From positions 1 to 64,000 of IMG/VR virus record IMGVR_UViG_3300034200_001454: 64,000 nt of DNA; one strand, 5' to 3'. Positions 1-7,473 of the stretch are shown one piece after another (within the stretch, counting starts at the first letter, position 1; each line of letters begins with the position of its first letter). The DNA is from a virus. Position numbers and translations under genes: made by a program. The notes beneath the pieces are model-generated. The model had not been told where the DNA came from, searched no databases, and saw only the letters and a list, made by a program, of their open reading frames with translations.

Positions 1-228
1 GGACTAAGCGGGAGGAGCCGGGCTTGGCGTGTGCTCCGCTTACGGTAATCGTATCTCAGCCTGTGGGTCAAATGTGGCTTTTTCCGTATCATGGTGATAC
101 AAAAGCTAAAAAATCTTCACAATTTCTTAAGGATTCATGAGGGCATGGTCGTTTGCTGAAAAATGTATTAAATAATGCATGCACGATTTGTGAGAAGAAC
201 TAGCGTGGTAAAACTACGAGCTATTACA

Positions 229-420
229 ATGCTTGGTTTGCCAGAACGCCAGCCATTTAACTATGGTCCTTATAAGCTTTGGCCATGTTTTAGTAGGCCA
301 GAATTTCAATGGTTTGCAGCGATAGACGGCAAGCCTTGCTATTTCAAAAGCTTGAATGAAGCGAAGCTGTTTATCAAAGATTTGGTCTCAAACGAGGATG
401 CTGAGAATTTGTGCGACTAA
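229..420 (+). CDS. hypothetical phage protein
   Basis: ORF 175..420; the internal ATG at 229 (MLGLPERQPF...) is a plausible start; no recognised motif. Confidence 0.55.
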   Translation: MLGLPERQPFNYGPYKLWPCFSRPEFQWFAAIDGKPCYFKSLNEAKLFIKDLVSNEDAENLCD

Positions 421-504
421 AGGAAGATTTCCCATTTCCATCGCCTTGACTGAGCTAGCCTGCTTTGGTTGATTCTCAGGGGCCATTGGCCCCTTCTTTG
501 TCTT

Positions 505-1956
505 ATGGCGCTCAAGAAAAATGCAAAGTGTGAACCAATTGCTCGTACAGGGCGAGTGCAAGATTGGCTTGATAGCCCCGAGGGGCGCCTCGCGGTGAGC
601 TGCACCACATTTGTAGTGGAAGATTCAATGGAAGGGCCGGATGGAATTGAGGCGTCGTGGCGTTTTGTTTCTCATGCTCTCCGCAATGCCGCTGGCGCTG
701 CTGTTAATTTGTCAAAACTTCGTTCGGAAGGCTCCGAAAATGGACGCGGCCTTACCGCGAGTGGCCCGGTGAGTTTTGCTGGTTTGTATAGCAAACTAAA
801 TGAAGTACTGCGGCGTGGTGGCGCGTTTAAGAATGGCGCCGTTACTTTGCATCTTGATTATGACCATCCAGATGCAATTAAATTTATCAATGCATCGCGG
901 AGCGAGCTGCCGTGGGTGAAGCGTTCTTTAACCATTGATGAGCAATTCTTTGAAAAAGCATCGTCTGAATTAATTAGCGCTTTGCTTAAGGGAATTGGCA
1001 ATGGAGATATGTGGCTAACTAAGAAGCGTTTTGATGCAAAGGGGGAGCGTATTTGGCCGAACGTTTGCGAAGAGATTTGGCTGAAGCATCGTGGCACTTG
1101 CCTACTGCAGCACGTCAATCTTGGCGCCTGTAATTTCGATAATTTGCAAGGCGCTTTTATTGAAGGTATGCAGCAGTTAGTTGATCTCCATCCCAATACT
1201 GGCGTGGGTGACACTGGAGAATATCTTTCTCCCACCATTGATAAACAAATTGGGCTAGGAGTGCTGGGCCTAGCTAATTTCCTTTCCATCCATGGCATTA
1301 GCTATGAAGATTTCGGAAAGGCGCTCGAAGCATATCTGGACAATGATCCTCATCCCTGGGCTCACCATTGGAAAGATATGCCTGCTGGCGAAGCAGTGTG
1401 GCAATTGGATCAAGGCATTCAGAAAGCAGCAGAAATTGCTCGTGAGCATGGCATGGAACGTGCTTTCTGCATCGCCCCCACTGCATCGTGCTCCTATCGC
1501 TACCTTGACACTCGTGGCTTTACCACTGCTCCTGAAATTGCTCCTCCCATTGGTCGTATTGTTGACCGGGATTCTGGTACTTTTGGCGTGGAGAGTTTTG
1601 ACTATGGCGAAGTGGAAATTGCTGCTGAAGTGGGCTGGGGAAATTACAAGCGCGTTGCTGATGGCATTGTTTCTCTTTATCAACGCACTGGTCTTTTCCA
1701 TGGCTATTCTTTTAATAGCTGGTCAGACTTGGTAATTTATGACGAAGCATTCCTGCGTGATTGGTTAGAATCTTCTCAGACGAGCCTCTATTACAGCCTG
1801 CAAGTCCTGCCTGATACTCAGCGCAAGGATGATGCATACGCTGCATTGGACGACGATTTTAAGAGCATGTTTGGCTTAGACGAAGAGTCTGAAGCTGACG
1901 GATCTTCTGCGTCTTGCAATTTAGAGGCAGGTTTCTGCGCTAGCTGCGCCGAATAG
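505..1956 (+). CDS. nrdA: ribonucleotide reductase class I alpha subunit, compact cyanophage type without ATP cone
   Basis: SCT, catalytic PNVCEE (N-x-C-x-E), IAPTASCS, SLYY tyrosine dyad (class I hallmark), C-terminal CASC; ferritin-like beta subunit downstream. Confidence 0.93.
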   Translation: MALKKNAKCEPIARTGRVQDWLDSPEGRLAVSCTTFVVEDSMEGPDGIEASWRFVSHALRNAAGAAVNLSKLRSEGSENGRGLTASGPVSFAGLYSKLNEVLRRGGAFKNGAVTLHLDYDHPDAIKFINASRSELPWVKRSLTIDEQFFEKASSELISALLKGIGNGDMWLTKKRFDAKGERIWPNVCEEIWLKHRGTCLLQHVNLGACNFDNLQGAFIEGMQQLVDLHPNTGVGDTGEYLSPTIDKQIGLGVLGLANFLSIHGISYEDFGKALEAYLDNDPHPWAHHWKDMPAGEAVWQLDQGIQKAAEIAREHGMERAFCIAPTASCSYRYLDTRGFTTAPEIAPPIGRIVDRDSGTFGVESFDYGEVEIAAEVGWGNYKRVADGIVSLYQRTGLFHGYSFNSWSDLVIYDEAFLRDWLESSQTSLYYSLQVLPDTQRKDDAYAALDDDFKSMFGLDEESEADGSSASCNLEAGFCASCAE

Positions 1957-1988
1957 CTATAATTTACTCTCTACAACGGAGAGTAAAT

Positions 1989-2366
1989 TTGACTTCAGAG
2001 GAGGTTGCTTGGTTCGCTGGTTTATTTGAAGGGGAAGGGTGGATTAGCGTCAGCTACCGCCCCAACCACTCAAGTGCAAAGCGAAAGCCGTATTACTTGA
2101 TGATTCGCATGAGCATCAAAATGACTGACCTTGACACCTTGGAAAAGGTTCATAACATGCTCGGTGGCGGGCTTGTTTCAACAAAGGTCCTTGAGAACAG
2201 AAAACCATGCTGGACGTGGACTCTCGGAGACAAGATGAAGTGCTCAACACTTGGTCACTTGATCTTTCCTTACATGAGTCGGCGCAGGCAGTTAAAACTC
2301 TGTTCAATGTTTGATGCCATTAACGATCATCTTGACGAGTACGGATACAGGGCCACCGCCGAATAG
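1989..2366 (+). CDS. free-standing LAGLIDADG homing endonuclease
   Basis: WFAGLFEGEGWI motif; TATAAT at 1958-1963; lies between the two RNR subunit genes. Confidence 0.85.
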   Translation: MTSEEVAWFAGLFEGEGWISVSYRPNHSSAKRKPYYLMIRMSIKMTDLDTLEKVHNMLGGGLVSTKVLENRKPCWTWTLGDKMKCSTLGHLIFPYMSRRRQLKLCSMFDAINDHLDEYGYRATAE

Positions 2367-2369
2367 AAA

Positions 2370-2396
2370 AAGGGGGCTTACGCCCCCTTCGCTTTC
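2370..2396 (+). terminator. hairpin, probable intrinsic terminator
   Basis: AAGGGGGC-TTAC-GCCCCCTT. Confidence 0.6.
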
Positions 2397-2425
2397 CTCA
2401 CACACCATTGAATGATACTACGACC

Positions 2426-3154
2426 ATGACCGTCAAGAGCCCCTATCTGTCCATGATTGCCAAGAAGCGTCCTTGGCAGGCTACTCCCGTGGATAATTCA
2501 CCCGTCAAGGAGGGTGCGGAGGAGACGCTTTACAAGGCTCTGGCTCTTCGCCACATTGAACTTCCCGTGAAAGACTTGCTGGAGCAGGGGCTCGCCAAGG
2601 ATCTTCCGTCAACTCCTGGCGTTATTGAAGCTTTGCGATCCAATCAGGCCGATGAGGAGCGCCACGACGAGGCTTTGAATTATGTCGCTGCTGCTTATGG
2701 CACTGACGAAAAAGCCGAGCGCGAAGTAAAGCAAATTCTAAAAGCTTGGATGGAGCATCCCGCTCATCCAATTCATAAGGTTTCAATCATTGAGCGTAGT
2801 ATTTTCTTTGTTGCGCTTCCCTTCTTTCGCTTCAACGGAAACATTGGCATGCGCACTGTTTCCGCCGATATTAGTCGTGATGAGCAGGTTCACTGCGGGG
2901 TGCATGGATTGGTTGCCAAGGAACTAAACGAGAAAGATTCTCAGAGCCTCAACAAGCTTCGCGCAGCTACTGCTGCTTGGCTTTTTGAGAAGCTTGGCAG
3001 TCATGAGGACAAGTGGCTAGATAAAGATGCTTGGATGAAGCGTTCTGAGCGTCTTTTCTGGGAAGGTAAGACATCTGACATGCAAGAAAGCCGTGCGTCT
3101 AGGATGATCAGTTTCTTTGAAAGTTCAAACGTGAACCTACCTATGTATTCTTAG
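2426..3154 (+). CDS. nrdB: ribonucleotide reductase class I beta subunit (ferritin-like)
   Basis: di-metal ligands in HIELP, DEERH, IERSIF and DEQVH; C-terminal Tyr (LPMYS); next to nrdA. Confidence 0.85.
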   Translation: MTVKSPYLSMIAKKRPWQATPVDNSPVKEGAEETLYKALALRHIELPVKDLLEQGLAKDLPSTPGVIEALRSNQADEERHDEALNYVAAAYGTDEKAEREVKQILKAWMEHPAHPIHKVSIIERSIFFVALPFFRFNGNIGMRTVSADISRDEQVHCGVHGLVAKELNEKDSQSLNKLRAATAAWLFEKLGSHEDKWLDKDAWMKRSERLFWEGKTSDMQESRASRMISFFESSNVNLPMYS

Positions 3155-3227
3155 AGACCTTTCCATCTTTGCCGACTTATCCATGCTATGCGGTAAGCCT
3201 TCCTGCATATGGGCAGGCTTAATGGTC

Positions 3228-3251
3228 AAGGCGCCTTTCGAGGCGCCTTTT
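3228..3251 (+). terminator. intrinsic terminator
   Basis: AAGGCGCCT-TTCG-AGGCGCCTT followed by Ts. Confidence 0.8.
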
Positions 3252-3263
3252 GCTATGCTTGTT

Positions 3264-3434
3264 GAGTTCCCGCTCTGCTTTGCATCGGGCCGATAGAGTC
3301 CAAGCCTCTGTTCGTCCTTGAGGCGCTTTACGCTTGGACCATCCACTCCCCTCCATGCTTAGCTCCTAGACGGAGACTATTTTGTTGGCGCCAACAATAT
3401 GGTTTCTAGGGATGATGCACAAACAGGAGGGGCC
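3264..3434 (+). ncRNA. unassigned structured RNA directly upstream of the CAT tRNA
   Basis: extended -10 TGCTATGCT (3251-3259); helices GTCCAAGC/GCTTGGAC, GCCTC/GAGGC, CCCCTCC/GGAGGGG, CCTAGA/TCTAGG, GAGACTAT/ATGGTTTC; palindrome TTGTTGGCGCCAACAA; no credible ORF. Confidence 0.55.
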
Positions 3435-3436
3435 CT

Positions 3437-3506
3437 GACGGTTAAGTGTTGTGGTACACGCCAAGCTCATAGCTTGGAATACCAGGTTCGATTCCTGGAG
3501 CTGTCC
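3437..3506 (+). tRNA. tRNA with CAT anticodon (Met or Ile2), atypical, no encoded CCA
   Basis: acceptor GACGGTT/AGCTGTC, D arm GTGT/ACAC, anticodon arm CCAAG-CTCATAG-CTTGG, T arm CCAGG-TTCGATT-CCTGG. Confidence 0.8.
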
Positions 3507-3534
3507 TATGATGAGCTTTCTTCTCCATTGAACC

Positions 3535-3738
3535 ATGGCACGGTTTCGCATCGTTCAAAAGCCGTCAGGGCTAGACCCACGGAAGCCCATGTATGAAGTG
3601 CAGGAAAAAGAGTTTTGGTGGTGGACTTTTCGCAACGTGTTTCACGATTTAAATGAAGCCGAAGAATGGACAATCAAATTAATTGAAAGTCTTGAGCGGC
3701 CATTTGTGAAAACTTGCGTGGTAGGTGAATATAAATAA
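3535..3738 (+). CDS. hypothetical protein
   Basis: 67-aa ORF; stop overlaps the next start (TAATG). Confidence 0.7.
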   Translation: MARFRIVQKPSGLDPRKPMYEVQEKEFWWWTFRNVFHDLNEAEEWTIKLIESLERPFVKTCVVGEYK

Positions 3739-4310
3739 TGAGTGCTTTCGTCACGAGCGACACTCACTTCGGTCACGCGAAGATGATTGATTTCTTGAGG
3801 CCCGATGGCAAACCATTGCGTCCATTTGCATCGTGCGAAGAAATGGACGAAACCATTATTGAGCGATGGAACGCAAAAGTAGGAAAGCGTGATACTGTTT
3901 ACCATCTTGGCGATGTAGTCATTCCTCGCGCATCGTTAAAGCTTCTTGCTCGTCTCAATGGAAGAAAGATTCTCATTCGCGGCAATCATGACCAAGGCGC
4001 GTTGAAAGACTATTTGCCATATTTTGAAGACGTGCGGGGAGCGTTTTTCCATCCATGCGACAGTACATTTCCTAGCGGCTTAATTTTTACGCATATTCCT
4101 GTGCATCCATCGTGTCTGTCTGGTCATTACACGGGCAACGTGCATGGCCATTTGCATTGCCATCAAATCTTCACGGATGATGGGAAAGTGGATAAACGCT
4201 ATTTCAACGCTTGCTTAGAAAGGAACGATTTTGCTCCAGTAGCATTTGAAGATATAAAAGACTTTTTCCGTCGTGAGCGAGCGTCGAACGTTCAACACGC
4301 CTCTGCGTGA
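3738..4310 (+). CDS. calcineurin-like metallophosphoesterase
   Basis: SDTHFGH, HLGD, RGNHD, THIP and HGHLH motifs. Confidence 0.92.
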   Translation: MSAFVTSDTHFGHAKMIDFLRPDGKPLRPFASCEEMDETIIERWNAKVGKRDTVYHLGDVVIPRASLKLLARLNGRKILIRGNHDQGALKDYLPYFEDVRGAFFHPCDSTFPSGLIFTHIPVHPSCLSGHYTGNVHGHLHCHQIFTDDGKVDKRYFNACLERNDFAPVAFEDIKDFFRRERASNVQHASA

Positions 4311-4509
4311 ACCGCTCAACCCAATTATTTATCAATCATTGAGAGCCATTGATTGGCACAATGCTCAATTTTTCCTAACCATGGACCATTGGCATCTTGA
4401 AAAAGCTGCCATCATTAGACAATACGTAACAGAACTAAAGGCTTGGATTTATGCGCAGGAAGAAGCTATGGAGAGTGTGGGCAAAGGCTCTAGGGAGCAA
4501 GGAGAGTAA
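4273..4509 (+). CDS. hypothetical protein
   Basis: 78-aa ORF within the operon. Confidence 0.6.
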   Translation: MSERRTFNTPLREPLNPIIYQSLRAIDWHNAQFFLTMDHWHLEKAAIIRQYVTELKAWIYAQEEAMESVGKGSREQGE

Positions 4510-4657
4510 TTGCGACAAGGAAGCAGATATAGTGGCAATTGTCCGCACGTTTATTTTTGCTTCGTATTTGATTACAAATATTGCGATTGTTGCCAATGCC
4601 GTGCGCCACTGGAATGACAATGAATGCACAGTGCGGGCAATAAAGAAAGGGGCCTGA
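4451..4657 (+). CDS. small membrane protein
   Basis: WRVWAKALG motif plus one hydrophobic helix. Confidence 0.6.
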   Translation: MRRKKLWRVWAKALGSKESNCDKEADIVAIVRTFIFASYLITNIAIVANAVRHWNDNECTVRAIKKGA

Positions 4658-4671
4658 CGGCCCCTTTTCTT
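4643..4671. terminator. bidirectional intrinsic terminator
   Basis: AAAGGGGCC-TGAC-GGCCCCTTTT between convergent units. Confidence 0.8.
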
Positions 4672-4760
4672 GCATTAACGCCTTACTAATGTGAACAGCA
4701 AGCAAATGCCGTGATATGGTAAAAGGCGTGTCGGCTTTAGAATGCTACCACAACGGCAGC

Positions 4761-4880
4761 TCAAAACCAATGGGGCTTGGGCACATAAGCAACGCCACGA
4801 TAGACAAGCGAAGCCATTTGAGCTTCACGCAGACGAGCAGCTTTTTCAAGCTGCTGCTTGATCAGAGCAAGAGGGTTCAT
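4761..4880 (-). CDS. DUF4278-like small peptide (39 aa, absent from the ORF track)
   Basis: MNPLALIKQQLEKAARLREAQMASLVYRGVAYVPKPHWF; the L-x-YRGV-x-Y motif is typical of peptides downstream of glutamine riboswitches. Confidence 0.85.
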   Translation of the reverse strand: MNPLALIKQQLEKAARLREAQMASLVYRGVAYVPKPHWF

Positions 4881-4892
4881 GATGGTTCCCGA

Positions 4893-4952
4893 TGATGCGC
4901 AGTCCCGTTCCGTACCGCGCTGTTCATGCGCCCCATCGCTGGGGTGAACGTT
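4893..4952 (-). promoter_or_regulatory. glutamine-II riboswitch (Downstream-peptide RNA motif)
   Basis: minus strand CGTTCA-CCCC-AGCGAT-GGGG-CGCA...GTAC-GGAACG-GGAC-TGCGC; P1 CGTTC/GAACG, P2 CCCC/GGGG, pseudoknot GCGCA/TGCGC; extended -10 TGCTAAGCT at 4966-4958; YRG peptide downstream. Confidence 0.85.
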
Positions 4953-4969
4953 TCTTTAGCTTAGCATGA

Positions 4970-5051
4970 TGCCCCCAGCAGGACTTGAACCTGCAAGCCT
5001 TTCGGCAGCGGAGCTTAAATCCGCTGTGTTTACCAGTTTCACCATGGAGGC
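4970..5051 (-). tRNA. tRNA-Leu(TAA), no encoded CCA
   Basis: GCCTCCA/TGGGGGC acceptor, GCGGA-TTTAAGC-TCCGC anticodon arm, variable arm GCCGAAAGGC, GCAGG-TTCAAGT-CCTGC T arm. Confidence 0.93.
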
Positions 5052-5052
5052 A

Positions 5053-5204
5053 TGAGGAGCGAAGGTGCTGAAGGCGGGGCTTCAATCCGCCGTTCTACAG
5101 CTTTTAACCATGGGTCGGCCCATAGCCTTCGATCCATTGTGGCAACGAACAGCATCCCCCGATACTGTTCTTTGAAACGCTGGCCAGCGTGCTTCGCGAA
5201 AGCT
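5053..5204 (-). ncRNA. unassigned multi-stem RNA directly upstream of tRNA-Leu (possibly manA-like)
   Basis: extended -10 TGTTATGAT at 5218-5210; helices ACGCT/AGCGT, GAACAGTATC/GATGCTGTTC, CGAAGG/CCTTCG, ATGGG/CCCAT, GGCGG/CCGCC; G-U pairs favour the minus strand. Confidence 0.6.
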
Positions 5205-5227
5205 TTGAAATCATAACACGATGATGG

Positions 5228-5491
5228 TCAGGCGTCATATTCTCTTAAGCTTTCACTGCCGTCATGGTCTGGCATGTAGTCGTCGTCAGTGGCGTCCGCT
5301 TCCCAAGAGCGCTCCAACTGCTCTTCCTCCTTTAGGCGCTTGGCATGGGCCTTTAACTTGGGGAGCAATGTAGGAATGTATAGATGTTCTGCAGCAAGAA
5401 GCTGGAGCGAGGTTTGCCTACTAACAGGAGCATTTTCTAATAGCGCAACAAGAAATTTCGTTTCCTGTATGGTTAATTTGCAATAAGTCAC
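5228..5491 (-). CDS. hypothetical protein with acidic C-terminus
   Basis: 87-aa ORF downstream of terL. Confidence 0.6.
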   Translation of the reverse strand: MTYCKLTIQETKFLVALLENAPVSRQTSLQLLAAEHLYIPTLLPKLKAHAKRLKEEEQLERSWEADATDDDYMPDHDGSESLREYDA

Positions 5492-5522
5492 TTCACGACG
5501 GAACTATTGTTTGAAAATCATA

Positions 5523-6893
5523 CTAGGAAATTAAGCTTTCGATCCAGCCAATGTCATCATCTTTACTTGCGGCAAGAATGGCACCAGCCATTGCAAATGC
5601 CAAGTCGTCAATACCAGTGGCTTTACCGCCAGTTACGCTCCATTGTCCACTCGGTTTGTAAACCACAGTCAGATTCTTAAGCTGCATAATTGCTTTTTCG
5701 TGGCGATAGACATTAATTTGCCCTGCATTGAAAAGCTCCCGCATTTTACTGAAAGCCTTCATTTTTGAACTGACGGTCCAAGTTAGTTCCGTAATGGGCA
5801 GGTCACTGGCCAAGCTTTGGATGGTGCCAGCGCTATTGAACTGGTCCATCACAATGGTGTCAAAAACATATAGGCGATGTTGTTCCTTAATCCAATCCTC
5901 CACTGCATTGATATTAACTTCCATCCTTCCATTGATTTCAAAATCAGCTACGAACGAATGGAACTTATCCACGACGAGAGTGCCGTTTTCATAGTGAACA
6001 ATGCAAGCAGTGTAGTCGTCACGGCCAACGCCACCACGGGCGGGGTCAAGGGCAAGGACGTAAGCTCCTTGGAATTCAGGACGTGGTGGCAATGCTGCGC
6101 GGCGATCATCAATGCAGGCATCAATCACATCACTATTCACCAGCGCGGAAAGATTACTGGCGAATTGGGCTCCATATTCAACTTTAAATTTCTCGGGGTC
6201 GCGTTGCCTCTCTGTGTCAAGAAACTCTTGCGAAATACTTGGATTCATCTCCCACGTTGGGAGATTAATCGCTTGCATAAAAGGAAAGCGTCCTGATGAT
6301 GCTTCCTTGAAATGCTGATAGAAGATACCGTCAGTTAGCCATGGTGAGGACAGTTCAAGGATGCGTCCTTTCCCGCCGAACTGAGCAATGGCAGGAGAGA
6401 GTGCGTCATAGATGCCACGACCTCCACTGTTTGCGTCGCCTTCAGTGGCAAAAGCAAGTTCGTCAAACACTGCTCCGGCACAAGCAAGACCACGAGCAGC
6501 ACGGCCTGATGTAGGGATGGCCTTAAACACGCAATTGTTGCTTAGTTCAATGATGTCGGCAGTTTCGCGGACAATTTCTTGAGCAAAAGGGCTTTCAATG
6601 ATTAGTTGACGGATGTTATTGAGGGCGATGCGGGCCTGGTCTTGACTGTTTGCCACTGTCACCACATACCATCGCTCCCCCTTTCGTACCTTACGTCGAT
6701 ATTCTTCTTCAAGGACGAAGCACATATAAATACATGCCACTGCGGCCATTAATGTTTTGCCGCTTCTTCGTCCCAATGCCCACACTGCATGCGATTTTCC
6801 TGGCTGAAAAAAATCATCCAGAATACGAGCTTGAGCTGGATAAAGTTCTAAGCCAAGAGCGTGTTTTGCAAATTGACTACAGGTAAGATTCAT
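5523..6893 (-). CDS. terL: terminase large subunit
   Basis: Walker A GRRSGKT, Walker B AVFDE, motif III LSSP, nuclease LALDPA and GIDDLAFA. Confidence 0.93.
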   Translation of the reverse strand: MNLTCSQFAKHALGLELYPAQARILDDFFQPGKSHAVWALGRRSGKTLMAAVACIYMCFVLEEEYRRKVRKGERWYVVTVANSQDQARIALNNIRQLIIESPFAQEIVRETADIIELSNNCVFKAIPTSGRAARGLACAGAVFDELAFATEGDANSGGRGIYDALSPAIAQFGGKGRILELSSPWLTDGIFYQHFKEASSGRFPFMQAINLPTWEMNPSISQEFLDTERQRDPEKFKVEYGAQFASNLSALVNSDVIDACIDDRRAALPPRPEFQGAYVLALDPARGGVGRDDYTACIVHYENGTLVVDKFHSFVADFEINGRMEVNINAVEDWIKEQHRLYVFDTIVMDQFNSAGTIQSLASDLPITELTWTVSSKMKAFSKMRELFNAGQINVYRHEKAIMQLKNLTVVYKPSGQWSVTGGKATGIDDLAFAMAGAILAASKDDDIGWIESLIS

Positions 6894-7399
6894 TTGTATT
6901 TCAACAGAGACAAAGATGATAGTTCAGTTTTAGGAACGAAATAAGCAGGGCGTCCACCCGCTGGATCTTTCTTCCATTGCTCCTTCATCGCATCGGCAGC
7001 TTTTATCCAGCCATGGATGAGCGTAATGCGGTTTTCAATTGTGACAAGCACCAATATCTTATCTGGACTTTCGTCAAGTTGCACTATCAAATCGTAGTAA
7101 TGCTTAGAGCGAGTTTTAATGTCAATGTTGGGAGGAAGATCAAAAGAGCCGCGCTTTGCTTCTGTTTCCTGATAAAGCTGGTTTTCCATTCCAAGCATGA
7201 CTGCCACTGCCATTTCTCCTGCAGCTCCGAGCATGTGATAGCGAAGAGCTAGTTCCCCCTTTTCCGCTTTTTCCCCACCATTGTTTCGGCTTTTTCTGCA
7301 TTGCTGCTCGTTAATAGCCTGCCTGCGAAAGGCTTCAGCGCGAGCACGCTGTCGTTGATCGGGAGTGAAAGCAAATGTGAGAGGCATTAACCAGTCCAT
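6890..7399 (-). CDS. hypothetical protein, possible PD-(D/E)XK nuclease fold
   Basis: GAAGEMAVA...FDL...IDIKT pattern; ATGA overlap with terL. Confidence 0.5.
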   Translation of the reverse strand: MDWLMPLTFAFTPDQRQRARAEAFRRQAINEQQCRKSRNNGGEKAEKGELALRYHMLGAAGEMAVAVMLGMENQLYQETEAKRGSFDLPPNIDIKTRSKHYYDLIVQLDESPDKILVLVTIENRITLIHGWIKAADAMKEQWKKDPAGGRPAYFVPKTELSSLSLLKYK

Positions 7400-7473
7400 G
7401 ATGGCCAGCTTCTACGACCAATGTATCCAGGAATTAGACTGAAAGCAATACAACATAGCCATCAGCGTTCGTT

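Noticed and set aside
5-42. Hairpin TAAGCGG/CCGCTTA at the window edge
   Set aside because: The context is truncated, so it cannot be assigned
86-100. NtcA box (GTATCATGGTGATAC)
   Set aside because: Spacing is GTA-N9-TAC rather than N8; it remains only an unassigned inverted repeat
505-1956. Class II (B12-dependent) RNR call
   Set aside because: The YY dyad and the adjacent ferritin-like beta gene indicate class I
1957-2407. Group I intron or intein carrying the LAGLIDADG gene
   Set aside because: nrdA is complete with its CxxC tail before the insert, and the flanks are too short for a ribozyme core
4706-4758. Imperfect hairpin downstream of the DUF4278-like peptide (TGCCGT/ACGGCA, TGGTA/TACCA)
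   Set aside because: The inner pairing is weak; insufficient to call a separate RNA
3437-5051. tRNAs as prophage attachment sites
   Set aside because: No integrase, duplicated tRNA 3' end or host genes seen; both flanks are phage-like
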